From the NCBI GenBank assembly GCA_964016885.1, contig OZ024743.1, positions 199,330,001-199,394,000 of the forward strand: a stretch of DNA of 64,000 bases. Reading direction: 5' to 3'. A program made the position numbers and the translations under genes. This document shows, piece after piece, positions 50,215 through 64,000 of this stretch. Under the pieces are notes generated by a model. That model did not search any database. It was not told where the DNA came from and worked only from the letters and a program-made list of their open reading frames with translations. The number at the start of each line of letters is the position of its first letter. Position 1 is the stretch's first letter. Origin of the DNA: Eledone cirrhosa. Taxonomy: Eukaryota.

Positions 50215-52479
50215 CGTCATCCTCATCATCATCATCATCAGTCATCAATATTATCCAAACTCCATCTTCTCCTTATCATCATTGTACATTTTATATCTGC
50301 TTATTCTGAGGTGAATGAGTCCGTAGAATTTACAAAAATTATGCAAGTAATATTTTAAAAAAAATATGTCAGTGTTCTTTATAGAAAAAATAGACAAATC
50401 CCTATTAGGATACACAGCAGTTATAGTAGTGAAAAGTCCAATGTTGAATTATATAGTTGATGGCAAATATTAAAGAAATCATGTTAAGATTATAATATTA
50501 CAGACCATTAAATAAATTTTTAAAGAATATGTTTACAATATTTAGGTTTCCTCTATGATTTAATCAGTTCATCATCATTATCATCATCAACAACAACTAT
50601 GTACATTTTCTATGTTTCCATGTGTTAGAAAGTCTGCCATGTTCTGAGGTTAGACAAGTCAAGATGATTGTGTCTCATTCATACATTCCATTCTGGCAGA
50701 GTTTCTATCACTCGATGCCCTTCCCATTGCCAACCACATCATAGTGTATACCAAGGGAATTTTAGAATTTTGAGGAATTTAATAAATTATTAATTTTTTC
50801 CATTACAAAGATAGGTAACTTAGCATATAGCGCTCATATGTTGGAAGATATCAATTTTAAAATGAACCCTTTAAAATGAGCAGTTTTATCTCATGGAACC
50901 AGAGTAGTTTTAGCAAGTTTGGTATAAAAAAGGATAAAGGCGCTTTTACAAGCTCTAGCACTATATTCACATTAAAAATATATATATTATTTATATATAA
51001 ACTTATTAGAATACCCCATACACACACACACATACATATATATATAATGATATTTTATGTATATTTATATATGTGCAAGTATGAGTTATAGCATGCAATG
51101 ATGTCCTAAGCAACATTTCTCAATACCTCTAAAAGAATATCTAAGAGGTTAATTGCTCTTCTCCCAACCTTATTCTTAATTACTTTTCTCTATAATTAAT
51201 TTACTCATGCAATCCCCTTGACTGACTCATATCTGGACAGCTTCAAGCTGTTCCACTTAAACACTTCATTTACAAAATGTATATTGAAGCTCTTTTAAAC
51301 AAATTGTGATTCTCATTGTCATAGAATTGATGTGTCAGAGGTTCTGCATACACACTTTTAACCTATGACAAATTCTTATGATAAAATCACCTGTTTTCAT
51401 CTAAAATAAAATAACCTATATATTTCGTGAATAAATCCATAATCCTCTTCTGTCAATAAGTATCAATGGCAATTATAATTGATTAGAAGAAGCATTATCT
51501 TGACTGTTTGTTTCGTTGCCATATTTCTATTGAAAGACTGCCTATGAATTTCAAATAATTTTGAAAATAATCAAGAATTTCAATGGATTTAATAAAATAA
51601 CTCACTTTCACATTATTAAGCTGGGTTTGAAACATAATTTAACACAAGTTCTTATATAAAATTATGAACAAATATCTTTGAATAAACACACTTTAAAACA
51701 AACAGTGTTGAATCATGAAACCAGCATAGGTTTGTTGTCAATGGGAATAAGCATATTCTCGAATGTTCAGGAAAATAGCAAAAATTTTCCAAATCATTAA
51801 ATATCAATGATAAACATTTATAGATAATGATTTTTTTCAGGAGGTTAACAAGACGCAAAATATTACTGGACCCCCGCGAACAGAATCTCTCATCAGTAAA
51901 TAGCCAGTGGGTTTGTACAATACATTAGGTATTATTTTCTTCACAGAATATATATATATATATCCAATTTTTCCATTTGACTGACTTAATTATTAATGTC
52001 ATAGATGGCAACAATGTCCCATAAACCAATTACAGAGTTTCAACATGGTTGCTTGATTTGCTAGCAATAGAAGCTTCAAATCACTCCCTACCATTCTTTA
52101 AAAAGGGACAATGTATTAGATAAAGTAATTTATGTTACTCTCTCTCTGGATGAAATGACCATGACAGTGGCATTGCTAGAGAGTGTGTGCCATCCAGAGC
52201 AGCCCTTCTGTTTGCTGTCTACTGACCCTCCATATACTCAAATACAAGCAATAGAACTGAAAATGTTGTGCAGACCATACCCCTTGCCTTCCCCCTAGCT
52301 ATGCTACTGGATCATGGCTGGATCAGTTTTGGTCGAGGTTCTGTTCTGTCAAGTTTGATCAGGGATTAAACATCAACAAGGTAAAAAAATAACACAGTGG
52401 ATAATGTTAGTTCAAGATACACAGTGCCTAAATAAAATAATGACAGGAATCTATTTAATTATACACTTTCTCATTATAG

Positions 52480-53225
52480 GGTGCTGGATTAGCAGAATCA
52501 TTAAAGCGTTGGACAAATACTTAACTGTATTTGTGCTGGCTCTATGTTCTGAGTTCTAATCCTGCCAAGGTCAACTTTGCATTTCATCCTTGCAAGGTCA
52601 GTAAAGAACTGGAATCTAAACTATAATAAAGGAAGGTCTGCGGGACTGCGTACGGTTTTTTTTTTAAATCCCGTTAGTAAAATAAGTTAGTTTACTTTGA
52701 ATAAATAATGAATGAATATTACATAATTTATCTACTAAATTTCGTAAACAAAAATAATTTCGTAAAAATAAATAATTTAAATTTGACTTCTTTTCAAAGT
52801 TGCACTTCTGGTATATCGTTGCCACCACCACTTCAACTACCATATATATAGAAAGAAAGAGTGTGTGATGTCAACACTTCCGGTGGCGATCACTTAAATA
52901 AACATACTAATTTTCTGTCACTAATTTTCTCCTAATGTAGTTTATATATAATATCGTCTTTTTTTAATGTATCATAGATTACATTACTGATTACATAAGA
53001 CAGTGTAACAACGTCTTCGTTCAATTTCTGTTTATATTGTCAATTACGATTTTATTTGATGTATCATATATCTACATGTATATATACTGGCGTATAATAT
53101 CAATATACACACTACACATGCTAGCAGAAAACCACCCAAAGCGTGGTTTTTCTGCTAGTTGATATAATTGACTTTCCCCTTCCACAAACTACTGGCCTTG
53201 TGCCTAAATAAGAAATTATTATTAG
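52480..53225 (+). mobile_element. SINE family A interrupted by a Helitron
   Basis: 5' half 52480-52614 and 3' half 53159-53225 rejoin colinearly. Confidence 0.75.
52615..53158 (+). mobile_element. Non-autonomous Helitron
   Basis: A|TCTAAACTATAATAAAG start, terminal hairpin agcagaaaaccac..gtggtttttctgct, CTAG|T end, no TSD. Confidence 0.8.
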
Positions 53226-53710
53226 TCTAGTGTGTCACACTGAGAGATTTATAGTATTTAATATCGTTCCTTAAAATTCTGATTTGAAATTCCACCTGGG
53301 TAAACTATGTCTTTCATCCTTATAGGATCAATAAAATAGGAGCACTAGCACTGAATGTGTATGAAGGAAGAAATGAGTGGACTAGGGAAGGGGATAATAC
53401 AATTTAAAAAATGTCATGGACATGTGCCAATGTAAGATATCCTTATTGCTGTTGATGTTATTATTGTTTTTGTAGCTGTTGTAGTTCCCGTTGTTCTTAC
53501 CATTGTTATGTATTCAGAAATTGCCATCACTATCATTATGGCAATGCTAAAATTAGCATGTCAAAGATTTTTTTGTCTTTTTTTTAAAATGCTTTGTTCC
53601 AAAGATCTCTTAATTCATGAAATAAAAAAAAATGAAATAAAAAAAATACATTGTCTGCTTGATATCATCATCCTCATCATCACACCAATAATAATAATAA
53701 TAATAATAAC

Positions 53711-53749
<39 letters not shown>

Positions 53750-54125
53750 GTTGATTGCAATAATGGTTACAATTATGATGATGAAGATAACAATATAATT
53801 ACTATTATCATCATCACAATTGTAATCATCATCATCATTATTATTATTATTATCATTATCATTATGTTGATGATGATGGTGATGATGTAAAGAACAACAA
53901 CCTCAGACAGCAGTAGTAACAACAACAAAAAAATGTCAATAATAATAATAACAACAATAACAATAATAATGTTAATAGGTTGTATGGACAATACGTTGTT
54001 CTATCTCAGGAAATTAAGACAGCCTTAAATTAGACTTTCTTGTTAAAGAAGCATCCAGAAAATGAATATCAATAAGTTTCTTTTTATTCAGGCAATTAAA
54101 AACAGAATTATTATTATTATTATTA

Positions 54126-54156
<31 letters not shown>

Positions 54157-54554
54157 TGTATTATCATTATTATTTGTATTATCATCATCATATATATATT
54201 TTTTTTTCATTAGCCAAAATATTTATTTGATAATTTAAATTTTTTTTTTTTTCAAATATTTCATTGTAATTTAGCAGACAGATATAGAAAATTGTATTGT
54301 TGTGACTTTGCGTAATCTAAATAGTGATGAGGATAATGATGATGATTACAATCATCATCATTGTTTTATCTCCATTTTTCTATGCTTGCGTGGGTTGGAC
54401 AGATCCTTTCCAGTACAGCCTCCTCCTTCCACTTATTGCGTTTCTTCATCACACCAACTATAAGGTTCAGTATTTTGAGATTCGCTCTCATTACTTCTGC
54501 CAAGATCTTTTCCAATGATTATAATTATGATGATCATGATCATAATAATAATAA

Positions 54555-54850
54555 TTTGTACTATAGGTACAAGGCCAGCAACCTAAGGAGAGGGGAAAGT
54601 CGATTAGATCGACCCAGTGCATTATTGGTGCTTTATTTGTGTGCATGTGTGTCATATTTTATATGATTAAAATTGTAAATATAATCAAGAATATATGCAT
54701 ATTCTTAATAAAAAATTTGTTCAACTTCAGAATAGGGACCATCCCGCCGATGTTGACTTTGCCTTTCATCCTTACGGGGTCGATAAAATAAAGTACCAGT
54801 AATGCACTGGGTAATTGCTGGCCTTGTGCCAAACGTAGAAACAATTACTA
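54555..54850. mobile_element. Two SINE A 3' fragments in opposite orientation
   Basis: 54555-54640 on minus; 54740-54850 on plus. Confidence 0.75.
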
Positions 54851-55193
54851 TATTAATAATGTAAGCAATGTCCAGCTAACCACATAGCGGAGTAAACTTC
54901 ACTGTGTGTATTTATTAACTGGAGCACTATTATTACAATTTTAAAATATTTGATTTCATTGTAATTATAATATATGACATATGTTTGTTGAAAATAATAT
55001 TTTCTCTTTAGAAACAAATAAAATAAATAAAATTTATTCAAGAAAGGTTTTCTTAGTAACTTTTTTTTAATAATACAAATTTCAACAATTTTGTTGCAAG
55101 CTAAAAATATATATAATCAGAATATATTGTAGTTGTTTTTTTAAATATAACCAGGTTTTGCACTGGTAGACATAAGTACAGGCACACACACAC

Positions 55194-55230
<37 letters not shown>

Positions 55231-55234
<4 letters not shown>

Positions 55235-55420
55235 CAAAGGAAGTGTGGTAAGGAACCAGATGGACCATAACGCACCAGAGTACTCAATACTTAGGGTAGT
55301 AGAGTGGGTAATAGGAAAATGTTTGACCCCAATGGCTCAAGCTGTTTCGACGGCTATTTCTGGAGTCCAGAAATAGCTGTTGAAATGGCTTGAGCTCTGC
55401 CGCCGGGGTCAAACACTTTG

Positions 55421-55423
<3 letters not shown>
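55231..55423 (+). mobile_element. TA-embedded fold-back repeat (family C)
   Basis: Homologous to 37944-38133; hairpin centred on ttctggagtccagaa. Confidence 0.85.
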
Positions 55424-55487
<64 letters not shown>

Positions 55488-55959
55488 GAGAAAGAGAGAA
55501 TGTGATTGATAGATAGATAGATACAAGTCAATAAAAATTAATAGCTACTATGAGAGAACGTTACAATAATAATATATTAGGATAGCACATAAGAAGAAAG
55601 AATAAAAATGTCTTAACGTTTCAAATACCTGTCTTTCATCTGAAAGGAAAACACCGGAAGAAGAAAGGATTTTCTTAGAGAGAAGAAAAAAGGACACAAA
55701 AATAAGGATGACAAAAATAAGAATGAAAAGAAAGGACAAAAATGCAAAAGTATGATGGGTGGGGGGAAAGAAAAACATGTAGTCAAATAGCAGCCATATT
55801 AGAAAAAGATGTCAGAAAAAAGAACTGAATATGACATTGGCATGAGAGATGTTGGAAAGGGGAGATAAGTACTGGGTAAAAATGTGATTAGTGTGAAAAT
55901 GTATGTGTGCATGCATTCACATTTTATACTGTTAAGTGAATAATTTCCAATAACACATG

Positions 55960-56170
55960 TCACCATTTACTGCCATGAGATTCAGCTTCCTAAGACCAGT
56001 TTTCTCTACTTCATCCCACATCTTCCTAAGTCTATTGATATTTCTCTGCACTTCTTTATGCACCTGCCATCTTCCATACATAAAGGATATCCATACCAGC
56101 ACAGTATTTTTTCTTGCATACTACATCCATTTCCTCTTATGCCAAGATTATGTCTCAGTTCATTTATGCC
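55960..56170 (-). mobile_element. RTE fragment, same family as 70-457
   Basis: NELRHNLGIRG..CSMQEK..LCWYG..MEDGRCIKKCREI..RKMWDEV. Confidence 0.7.
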
Positions 56171-56369
56171 ACCTCATATAGTTTGGAACCTTGCCATTTG
56201 TTACAGTCTCGTGAAGTTCAGGATCCTGTAATCATCTCTCAACACTTTTTCCCATGTCCCTCCATTATCATCTCCTTTGTGATGTTCAACATCCTTAATC
56301 TTCTTCTTAGAATATTCCTTCTACTTGGAAATATTAGCATTTCTTTACCCTCTTTTCTTCTTTCCTTGC

Positions 56370-56900
56370 TTATTCCTGTGAGGATGATGGTGCCAAGTCC
56401 TTACACACAGACATTCCAGAGCGTCCTATCAGAAGCAACCATCTTAAAATGATCTAGCTGGATCCCCAAGTGAGACCAACCATCTTGTTTGTGATCTACT
56501 TCTGGGTCTCTTGCTAGTGTGCATTGCTTACAATATCTGACTCGCAATTCTTTCCGTAGACATTGTGTCCATGTCATTCATAGCAGGGTTGGATCTCTTG
56601 ATTTGGAGATGAAGTGGCTCCACCTGGAGTGACTCCCTGATATCTGAGCTATGTATCTATCGACATTTCTGAGGAATCCCATTTTGGCTGCTTGTATTTA
56701 CGATTGTATTCTTTTAGTTGTTACCTAAGATTCATGACCATAGGTAAGAATAGATACTAACACTAAATTGAAGATAGCAAGTTTGGCTTTGACATCAACC
56801 TCCCTTCTACTCTGATGACCAAGTGCACAAGCTGGTGCATTACTGCACCAGCTCTTTACTCGTCTCACATATTCCATGTAAACACATGTGTATACCAATC
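56370..56900 (-). mobile_element. RTE LINE fragment, same family as 24740-25021
   Basis: KAKLAIFNLVLVSILTYGHES*V..SRIQAAKMGFLR..GWSHLGIQ. Confidence 0.85.
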
Positions 56901-56934
56901 CTGTCTTCTTTCTCACATGCTATATCTACAGCTA

Positions 56935-57162
56935 AAGATGATGAGGATGATGATGATAATGATGAGGCTGTAAATGAGGATGATGACAATGCTGTTATGA
57001 AGGATGATGGCTATGATTTTGAAGATGTTGATGATGATAATGCTGATGGGAATGATGGTGATGATGATGATTGCAATGATGATTTTGATGTTGCTAACGA
57101 TGATGATGAATATGATGTTATGAATAAAGATGAAAATAATAATGATTTTGATGATGATGCTT

Positions 57163-57219
<57 letters not shown>

Positions 57220-57430
57220 ATTGTAATGCTGTTGCTGATGATGACGATGATGAAATAGATGATGATGAAATGACAATGAGTGAGATGATGCAAAAGATTG
57301 TTATGATGTTGATCACCATAATTGTGATCATGATAATGATGATGACAATATTACAGCAAAGACAATGATGATGATGAGAATAATGATGATGAGGATGATG
57401 ATGATGATGATGACAATGATAACAATGATG
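56935..57430. repeat. (GAT)n-rich low-complexity tract
   Basis: Direct reading. Confidence 0.93.
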
Positions 57431-57754
57431 ACAGAGAGGTTTATGAGACAATTAAATATGTGAAGTAGCTATTTTATAATTGGATTGGTGTCTCCAAAGC
57501 TGGGAGTATAAGAAACCTTAGAGCTTTGAGATTATCGATTGGTCCAAATGGAATTATCAGTACATGATATTATCCAGAACTGATTGAGCAAGTTGAAACC
57601 AAACAAAATGATTTGATCATAAGATTCTTGTAGAAAATGACAATGTCTCAAAGTACACATCAGCTGTTATATTTTGAAACCAAAAGCCTATCAACATAAT
57701 ATATCTTGAAGCTGAATGTTTATTTCTGAAGTTTTAAATGTTGATTTGTGATAC

Positions 57755-58150
57755 TATGTGGTTTAGTGGTTAGTCTGTGAGATCGACTCCCACCATGTTA
57801 ATGTGTTCTTTAGCATGTGTGAGAATGTGTGTATTGTGAAGGTACATGGTGAGAATGTTCATCTCATCTTTGTAAGGTTGTGAGTTTGATTCCTGACAGT
57901 GCAGTGTGTCCTTGAGCAGGACACTTTATTCCCTGTTGCTTCAATCTACTCATCTGGCAAAAATGAGTTGTACCTGTAATTTAAAGGGTCAGCCATGTCA
58001 CACTCTGTGTCATGCTGTGTCTTCCTGAGAACTACATTAAGTGTACATATGTTTGTGGAATGCTCAGCGACATAGATGCATGTTAATTTCCCCAGCTAGC
58101 TATTCTGCAGTTCAAATAACTGGAACACTCATCATCAAAACTGATGAAGG
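57755..58150 (+). mobile_element. CORE-type SINE with a different 3' body
   Basis: tgtgagtttgattcc..gtgtccttgagcaggacactttattccctgttgcttcaatctactcatctggcaaaaatgag. Confidence 0.7.
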
Positions 58151-58879
58151 TCTAACATACACATCTTGATTCAGTTGTAATGTTTGCATCTGCATGTGTG
58201 CAGTCAGAATTGACACTTAGATATTTAACATACAAGGTTAGCTCTACCATGTGTGCCCCATACTCCTAAATAAAATGATCTCAACTTACAGTTTGGAAAG
58301 CTGACAAACTTAGTTTTTGACACTTTTTTTCTGACCACACTAATAAAATTACAGCATTTTCCACTATACATCCCTCACTGGCCCATGCCAAATCATGTGA
58401 CAAATATAACACAATACACTCTTCACTATCACTTCAATATTTCCACAATGCTGTTATACATAAAAAATAGTTAGTGATTTGTTTATCAATCACAAGAAAT
58501 TATTATATTAGTTTAATTATAAAAAATTGTATAAAACTGTCATCCTTTAAGATTTCATAATGTGTCTCTCAGAGGTCTGGGTCCTAGTTGGACTTAATGG
58601 TAACACTGGCCCTATATGTAATCTAACTGTAACGATAAATACCCACTTTTCATTGACCCTTGTAATGTGTGGCCAATTGTTGCACTTGGTGGTGAATTTA
58701 TGGTTATTTTTGTTTCTGTTTCCTATTTTTTTCTCTCTCTCCCTCTGATCATATTGATATGTTACATTTTTAGGTTCCCAGCAATAGTTAACTATATCTA
58801 TTATATGTGTTTATATTTGTGTGTATATTTTCATTCTGAAAGAATTGTGAGCAATTTGTAATGCTATTCTCTAAGAATT

Positions 58880-59085
58880 TTAACCCTCCAGCATTTAAAC
58901 TGGACATATCCAGCCAGAATTCTCTCACCTCTTTCTTTTCAAACCAGCAGCAACCAGATACTTATATTTACGTTGAGATATTGTTCTCAAAATAAATATC
59001 AAAATCTTGTAGATTTGATATTATGTGAAATAAAGTGTTTACCATGAAAATACAATAGTAAATATAGATAATACTAAAGCGTTAA
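58880..59085 (-). mobile_element. piggyBac-like MITE P
   Basis: TTAA-flanked diverged reverse copy. Confidence 0.8.
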
Positions 59086-61249
59086 ACAGTTTGTAATGTT
59101 ATTTATATAACTTTAAATGCCCACTTAAAATTCAATATTATTATCATAATTCCTCAAAATTATGTATATCTGTGTTTAAGACGAGAAAAATTTACAACCT
59201 GTGATTTTTGAATATCAGAGATGTGATAATGTGATTGGTTAGTCAGGGTAAGATGGTGTCTTCTACTATGTCTTTTTCTGTTGTCTTGTTTGTTATTTGT
59301 TTTAGTTTCACTGCTAGAATGAATCAATACATAAAGAGAGCCTCTACATGGTTTCCTGACTTCCTGTAAATACTAACCAAATTACCTCATATCAAATCCT
59401 AATGTTTCAAACAAGTAAAGACACATTGAACAATGTAGCTATAGATACGCAAAATAATGTGATGGCCACAGGTGGTTTGGCTGCTCATTTGAAGCTACCC
59501 TAGGGCTAAACAGCAACACTGCAAACACAAGGCTGTTATAATTGATAAAATAAGTGATATTACCATATTTATCCAGTTAGCGTAACAATATAATGACCTC
59601 AATATAATTACTTCACATGCAAGAAATAACAGCCAAATTTCCTTTAAACCTCATCTACTATCTTAAAAATGATTATATTTAATATTTTAGTCATGAACTC
59701 TCAACACCCTGAACCACAGGAAACTGCATTAACAAAGACATTCTTGAAAAGTATAAAATTGCACTATGAATGCATCACATTAAGCATTAAGATTTTTTTT
59801 TCTTTAGTCTCCTGCAAATGTAGTAAAGAAAATATAAACATTTGAATAAACAACACCATTTTAGATACTTTCTGCTAAATCATTACAGGATGTTAAGAGT
59901 TAATTTAGTATCAGATATATGATAGCTGAAAAAACATACACATATCCATGCACATGTGTTCATTCACACACACACACACACACACAACTAAAATGACTGG
60001 AATATTTTTGATCACAGAGACAACATTAGGTTGAACAACAACAAGAAATGAAAGCGCCTCAACCAAAAAGGGAGCCACTACTTGGTTAATTAACTTGCTA
60101 GATATAGCAGCCAAATCTTTCTAAAATTATAACTGATTGCCTTATAAAACAAATGGCATATTTGATAATGTAGTCCATGGTAGCCATGCCAAGAAACGAA
60201 CAAAAAGAACAAAACATGAGACAGTCATGGCTGGAATTATTTTACTCATAAGTCTGCTCACTAAGAAGCAATTTTGTACTAAATAACAACTATTAAACTG
60301 TAGCTCCACTGCTTTACTACAACATATTTATATATCACATACTGCCATCTTGTAAAAAGACATATTAACACACAATGAAAATGATTGTGTAGTTGAGACA
60401 CACAATGCTTTAAAAAAGATTGTATATGATGGTTTTGGTTAGAATGCATTTGAGAAAGAACCATGTATACCACGTGTTTCAATTGCAGCTACTGTGTCTG
60501 CTCAAGCCAACAATGAGGACACACAGACTCTATGTGTTTGTTTAACCAACAAGAAATTTCCTCAAATAATCCATGGGAAGAACACATTCAATAATTTAGT
60601 TTTAGATAGACAGGGGTTGAAGGACAGATGAGAATATCATGGTTTAAATGCTTTTTGTTTCACTCTTTACTCAGGGAGGAAAGGGCAGAGACAATGCCTC
60701 TTTACAGGTCCTCTGAGATTTGTGTGTGGAAGGTGGGAAGGTATTCTAAGGGCAGAAACCTTGTTCAAATGCCTACTGATAGGGACTTTAGTCTTTCACC
60801 TTGCTCACTTCATCTGGCTTCATCAAATATAAGGCATTTTATCAGATGCCTTGTTATTTTGGTCTGTCTCACTACACTCAAAGTTCAAATCCCACTGAGA
60901 TCAATCAACTTAGCCTTTCATAATTTTGGACTTGAAAAATACCAGAATTGTTAAAAAGAAGGATGGGAGGCTTTGTAGATTCTGATTCAGTCACTTTTTA
61001 TTCTGAGTTCAAAACCCACTTTTTTTCTAATAGAACCTATACCTGACTGATAGTATTACTAATGACATCTCCAATGGGAACATTTTCTTTGGTCTAATCT
61101 GATGATTGAGTCCTTTTATACATGCATACATAGGAATGTGCACACACGCAAACACACACACACACATGTATATTTTGCACTCTGTAATCTAGTTGCAAGG
61201 GAACATGATGCAAAATGGTGATGATACATATACATACATACACACATAC

Positions 61250-61319
61250 ACAGCACTGCATGTTGACATAGTCTTCGATTTCAAATTCAACAAACTGAAA
61301 CTGATTACTACTATAATCT
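61250..61319 (-). CDS. Candidate 70-nt exon ([23 protein letters not shown])
   Basis: ttcag| acceptor and TGT|gtatgt donor; complex island between microsatellites; weak pyrimidine tract. Confidence 0.25.
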
Positions 61320-61449
61320 CTGAATACATATATATATATACACATATATATATATATACACACACACATATATATATATATACACACATATATGTATATA
61401 CACACATATATATACACACATATATATATATATACATATATATATACAC

Positions 61450-61480
<31 letters not shown>

Positions 61481-62017
61481 CATCCACATGTATATGTGTG
61501 TGTGTGTGCATCTCATAAAACTGAAATACTTTCAGGATTACAGTTTACTGCATTCTCACTACACATGGTGTGAGAATAGTTATCAAATATACAACTTCCT
61601 TTTCAATTGCTGCTACTATATTTGCATCATTTTGAAAAGAAAACAGACACCATTCCGGAAGTAACCTTTACAAACTATTTGCCACAATGTGCTGGCTGAT
61701 ATGGGTAAAGAAAACCTCTTTATCAACCCTCCACGCCTCTTCTACTTAAACTCCTCCCAATTTTGATAAGTTTTAATCAGCCAATATTACACATATTTCT
61801 AAAATTATATTTTTATCTGATAGTAAGTTGATAAGCTATGTTATAGCTCTTGTTGGTTTTGGTGGTAGTTGTAAACTATCCAGAACTATTTACTATAGGT
61901 GATTTACTCTCTAGTTACTGTTTTTTACTACTTTTTGTGGAAAATTAGTTGATGTTAGTCTACATGATATTCCATTGAGCTTATAACACTGTCTACCATA
62001 GTATTCAGTTATATTTT

Positions 62018-62175
62018 AGGCAGTGAATTGGCAGAATTGTTAGAATGTTGGCTAGAACGCTTAATGATATTTATTCCAGTACTTTGAGTTCAAAAGTCAC
62101 AGAGGTCAAAATTGCATTTCGTTCTTTCAAAGTTGGTTAAAGACATACCGGTTTAGTATTGGGGTCAATTCTTTC
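62018..62175 (+). mobile_element. SINE family A, diverged
   Basis: ggcagtgaattggcagaattgttag..gagttcaaaag..gaggtcaaaattgcatttcgttc. Confidence 0.65.
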
Positions 62176-62865
62176 TCTAAATCTCTTTCTCACATCCACT
62201 CTCTCATTCTCCCATCCTTCTCTGGAATAAATCGGCAGTGTTCAGACCTGGAGATGTGATGGACTCTGCCAGGTTATAATATGTTACTATAACACAAGTA
62301 ACATAAAATGTTACTATAACACAGCAACTACTAGTTAATGCATATATACATGTTTAACTCCAAATAAGCTCTGATTGAATAGATCTAAGATCAAAGATAT
62401 TCCAGCCATGCTCCTATACCATCCTATTTTTGCCAGTTGCCATAGTGTAACCTAGATTATATTAGCCAATGGTGTCCTTTTATTAAGACAGGATGTGGTT
62501 GAGGGAAATTTGGTTGCAACTATTAACAGATCAAGCAACTGTATAGAGGCTCATTTGTTAGTTTATTTCAATGATATGTTGTTGTTGTTGATCTCGGGCA
62601 CACCTGATTGAGCAACTATACCAACTATGACTATCCAAACTATTTTATGGATCAGGGACTACCTAAAAATGATGGAGGGCGAAATGAAAGCCATTGGCAA
62701 GATAAGGGGATGGAGACAATAGGAAAATATGGTTAAGTTTGTCAAGGGACCAGCAAGGACAGCCCCTGGTTTTGCAGAGAAGATAACCTTAAAAATGTTG
62801 TGTTATGTTGTTGTACATTGTTTAGTTTCCTTCCTTTTTTTTAAAAAAAGATGGTAGGGTGTGAT

Positions 62866-63067
62866 TTAACCCTTGCTCTATATTTACTATTACATTTTCG
62901 CAGTGAACACTTATCTCACATAATATCGAATCTATGAGATTTTGATACTATTTATTTTGAAAACAATACCTTAACATAAATATAAGTGGCCAGTTATGGC
63001 CAGTTTGAACAAAAAGAAATGAGAGAATTCTGGCTGGATACAGCTGGTTTAAATGCTAATGGGTTAA
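62866..63067 (+). mobile_element. piggyBac-like MITE P
   Basis: TTAA|ccctt...aaatgctaatggg|TTAA. Confidence 0.8.
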
Positions 63068-63744
63068 AAAAGATTTCATTGAAACTCCTAGCAGATTGAG
63101 TGACACATACAAGTTTCTTCATTATTGGTGATATATGGTGGAGCTGTTGGTGAAGTTCAATGGAGGTGATAGTGTGAAAATGTATGAGATTTGTAGATTA
63201 TTGTTGGTATTTATCCCCAGTTCAAACTCATCAAGCAGAACTAAGATCAAGGGCTCTTTAGTCATGATTATCCCAGCCTCTCTCCAGATATACTGTATCT
63301 AAAAATATATTATCCAATGAGTCCTTCAGATTTTTAACTTCCAATATCCTGTACCCCATGAAACCACATTAGCAAGTTGTTCTTAAAGTATATAAAACAG
63401 TGCTATAACTACATCACTTTAAAACACCAAAGAATGTAGTTTACTGTAAATGTTTATAATGACCTGTGCACTAGTAGAAATGCTATAAACATTTAAATAA
63501 ACTAAGCATGTCAAAAAAATGCCATTACAGTATTTGTATGGCTTTTTACATTCTAAGTTCAAATCATGCTATGATCAACATTGCCTGTCATCCTTCTGCA
63601 GGTGATAAAATAAAGTAGCAGTCAAGTATTGAGGTTGATTTAATCAACTTTGCCCTTCTCCCATTTGTTGGCCTTGTGCCATCATCCCAGGATATTAAGT
63701 GTTTAGATATCACAGGGCATTAAGAGTTAAATCATCACACGATA

Positions 63745-64000
63745 TTATCCCTTTACCATTTACATTACTCTATATTTACTATTATATTTTTGTGGTAAAG
63801 GCTTTACCTCACATTATTATCTCATTGGCAGTATCGGTAGAGGGTCGGACGCCATGCTTTCCAGTATAGAGTTACGCCCCTTTACAGTCTGAGTTCAAAT
63901 CCCACGGACGTTAACTTTGCCTTTCATCCTTACAGGACCAATAAAATAAAGTACCAGTAATGCACTGGGATAACTGCTGGCCTTGTGCCAAAAGTAGAAA
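63745..64000 (+). mobile_element. MITE P 5' end followed by an inserted SINE A (runs off the window)
   Basis: 63745-63825 matches the MITE P start; 63826-64000 is SINE A with tggcagtatcgg A box and gagttcaaatccc B box. Confidence 0.85.

Noticed and set aside
55608-55650. Further hammerhead remnants (also 18652-18695 and 47060-47112)
   Set aside because: GAAA with a palindromic stem III is suggestive, but the cores are mutated (CAGAUGA, CAGAAGA or absent) and stem II does not pair
56823-57368. Asp-rich biomineralisation-like ORF
   Set aside because: Starts within an antisense LINE fragment and consists of (GAT)n slippage; no signal peptide

Overview
AT-rich, repeat-dominated eukaryotic DNA. 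The repeat content (tRNA-headed CORE-type and Meta/Nin-like SINEs, RTE and CR1 LINE ends, dense (TA)n/(GAT)n/(CAC)n microsatellites) suggests an octopodid cephalopod intron or intergenic region; this is an inference. No intact host gene can be demonstrated. Nearly all long ORFs in the track are artefacts of low-complexity repeats. Recognisable protein remnants are all from transposons: Penelope-like RT (11130-11760) and GIY-YIG (25890-26100), CR1 RT, several RTE C-termini and a mariner transposase. There are also non-autonomous Helitrons, including a head-to-tail pair, and TTAA-flanked piggyBac-like MITEs. The most interesting signal is a set of short fold-back elements sitting in (TA)n tracts. 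Several carry minimal type I hammerhead ribozyme motifs with a palindromic stem III (13361-13403, 12297-12336, 27377-27414, 46615-46659). One family has the rare compensated U3:A8 core. Other notable items are head-to-head complementary (CCA)/(TGG) triplet arrays, a three-level MITE>SINE>SINE nest, a visible SINE/RTE-LINE shared 3' tail, and a few low-confidence exon candidates, including one ending in -EQTSL*. Coordinates of degenerate elements are approximate and were read by eye.
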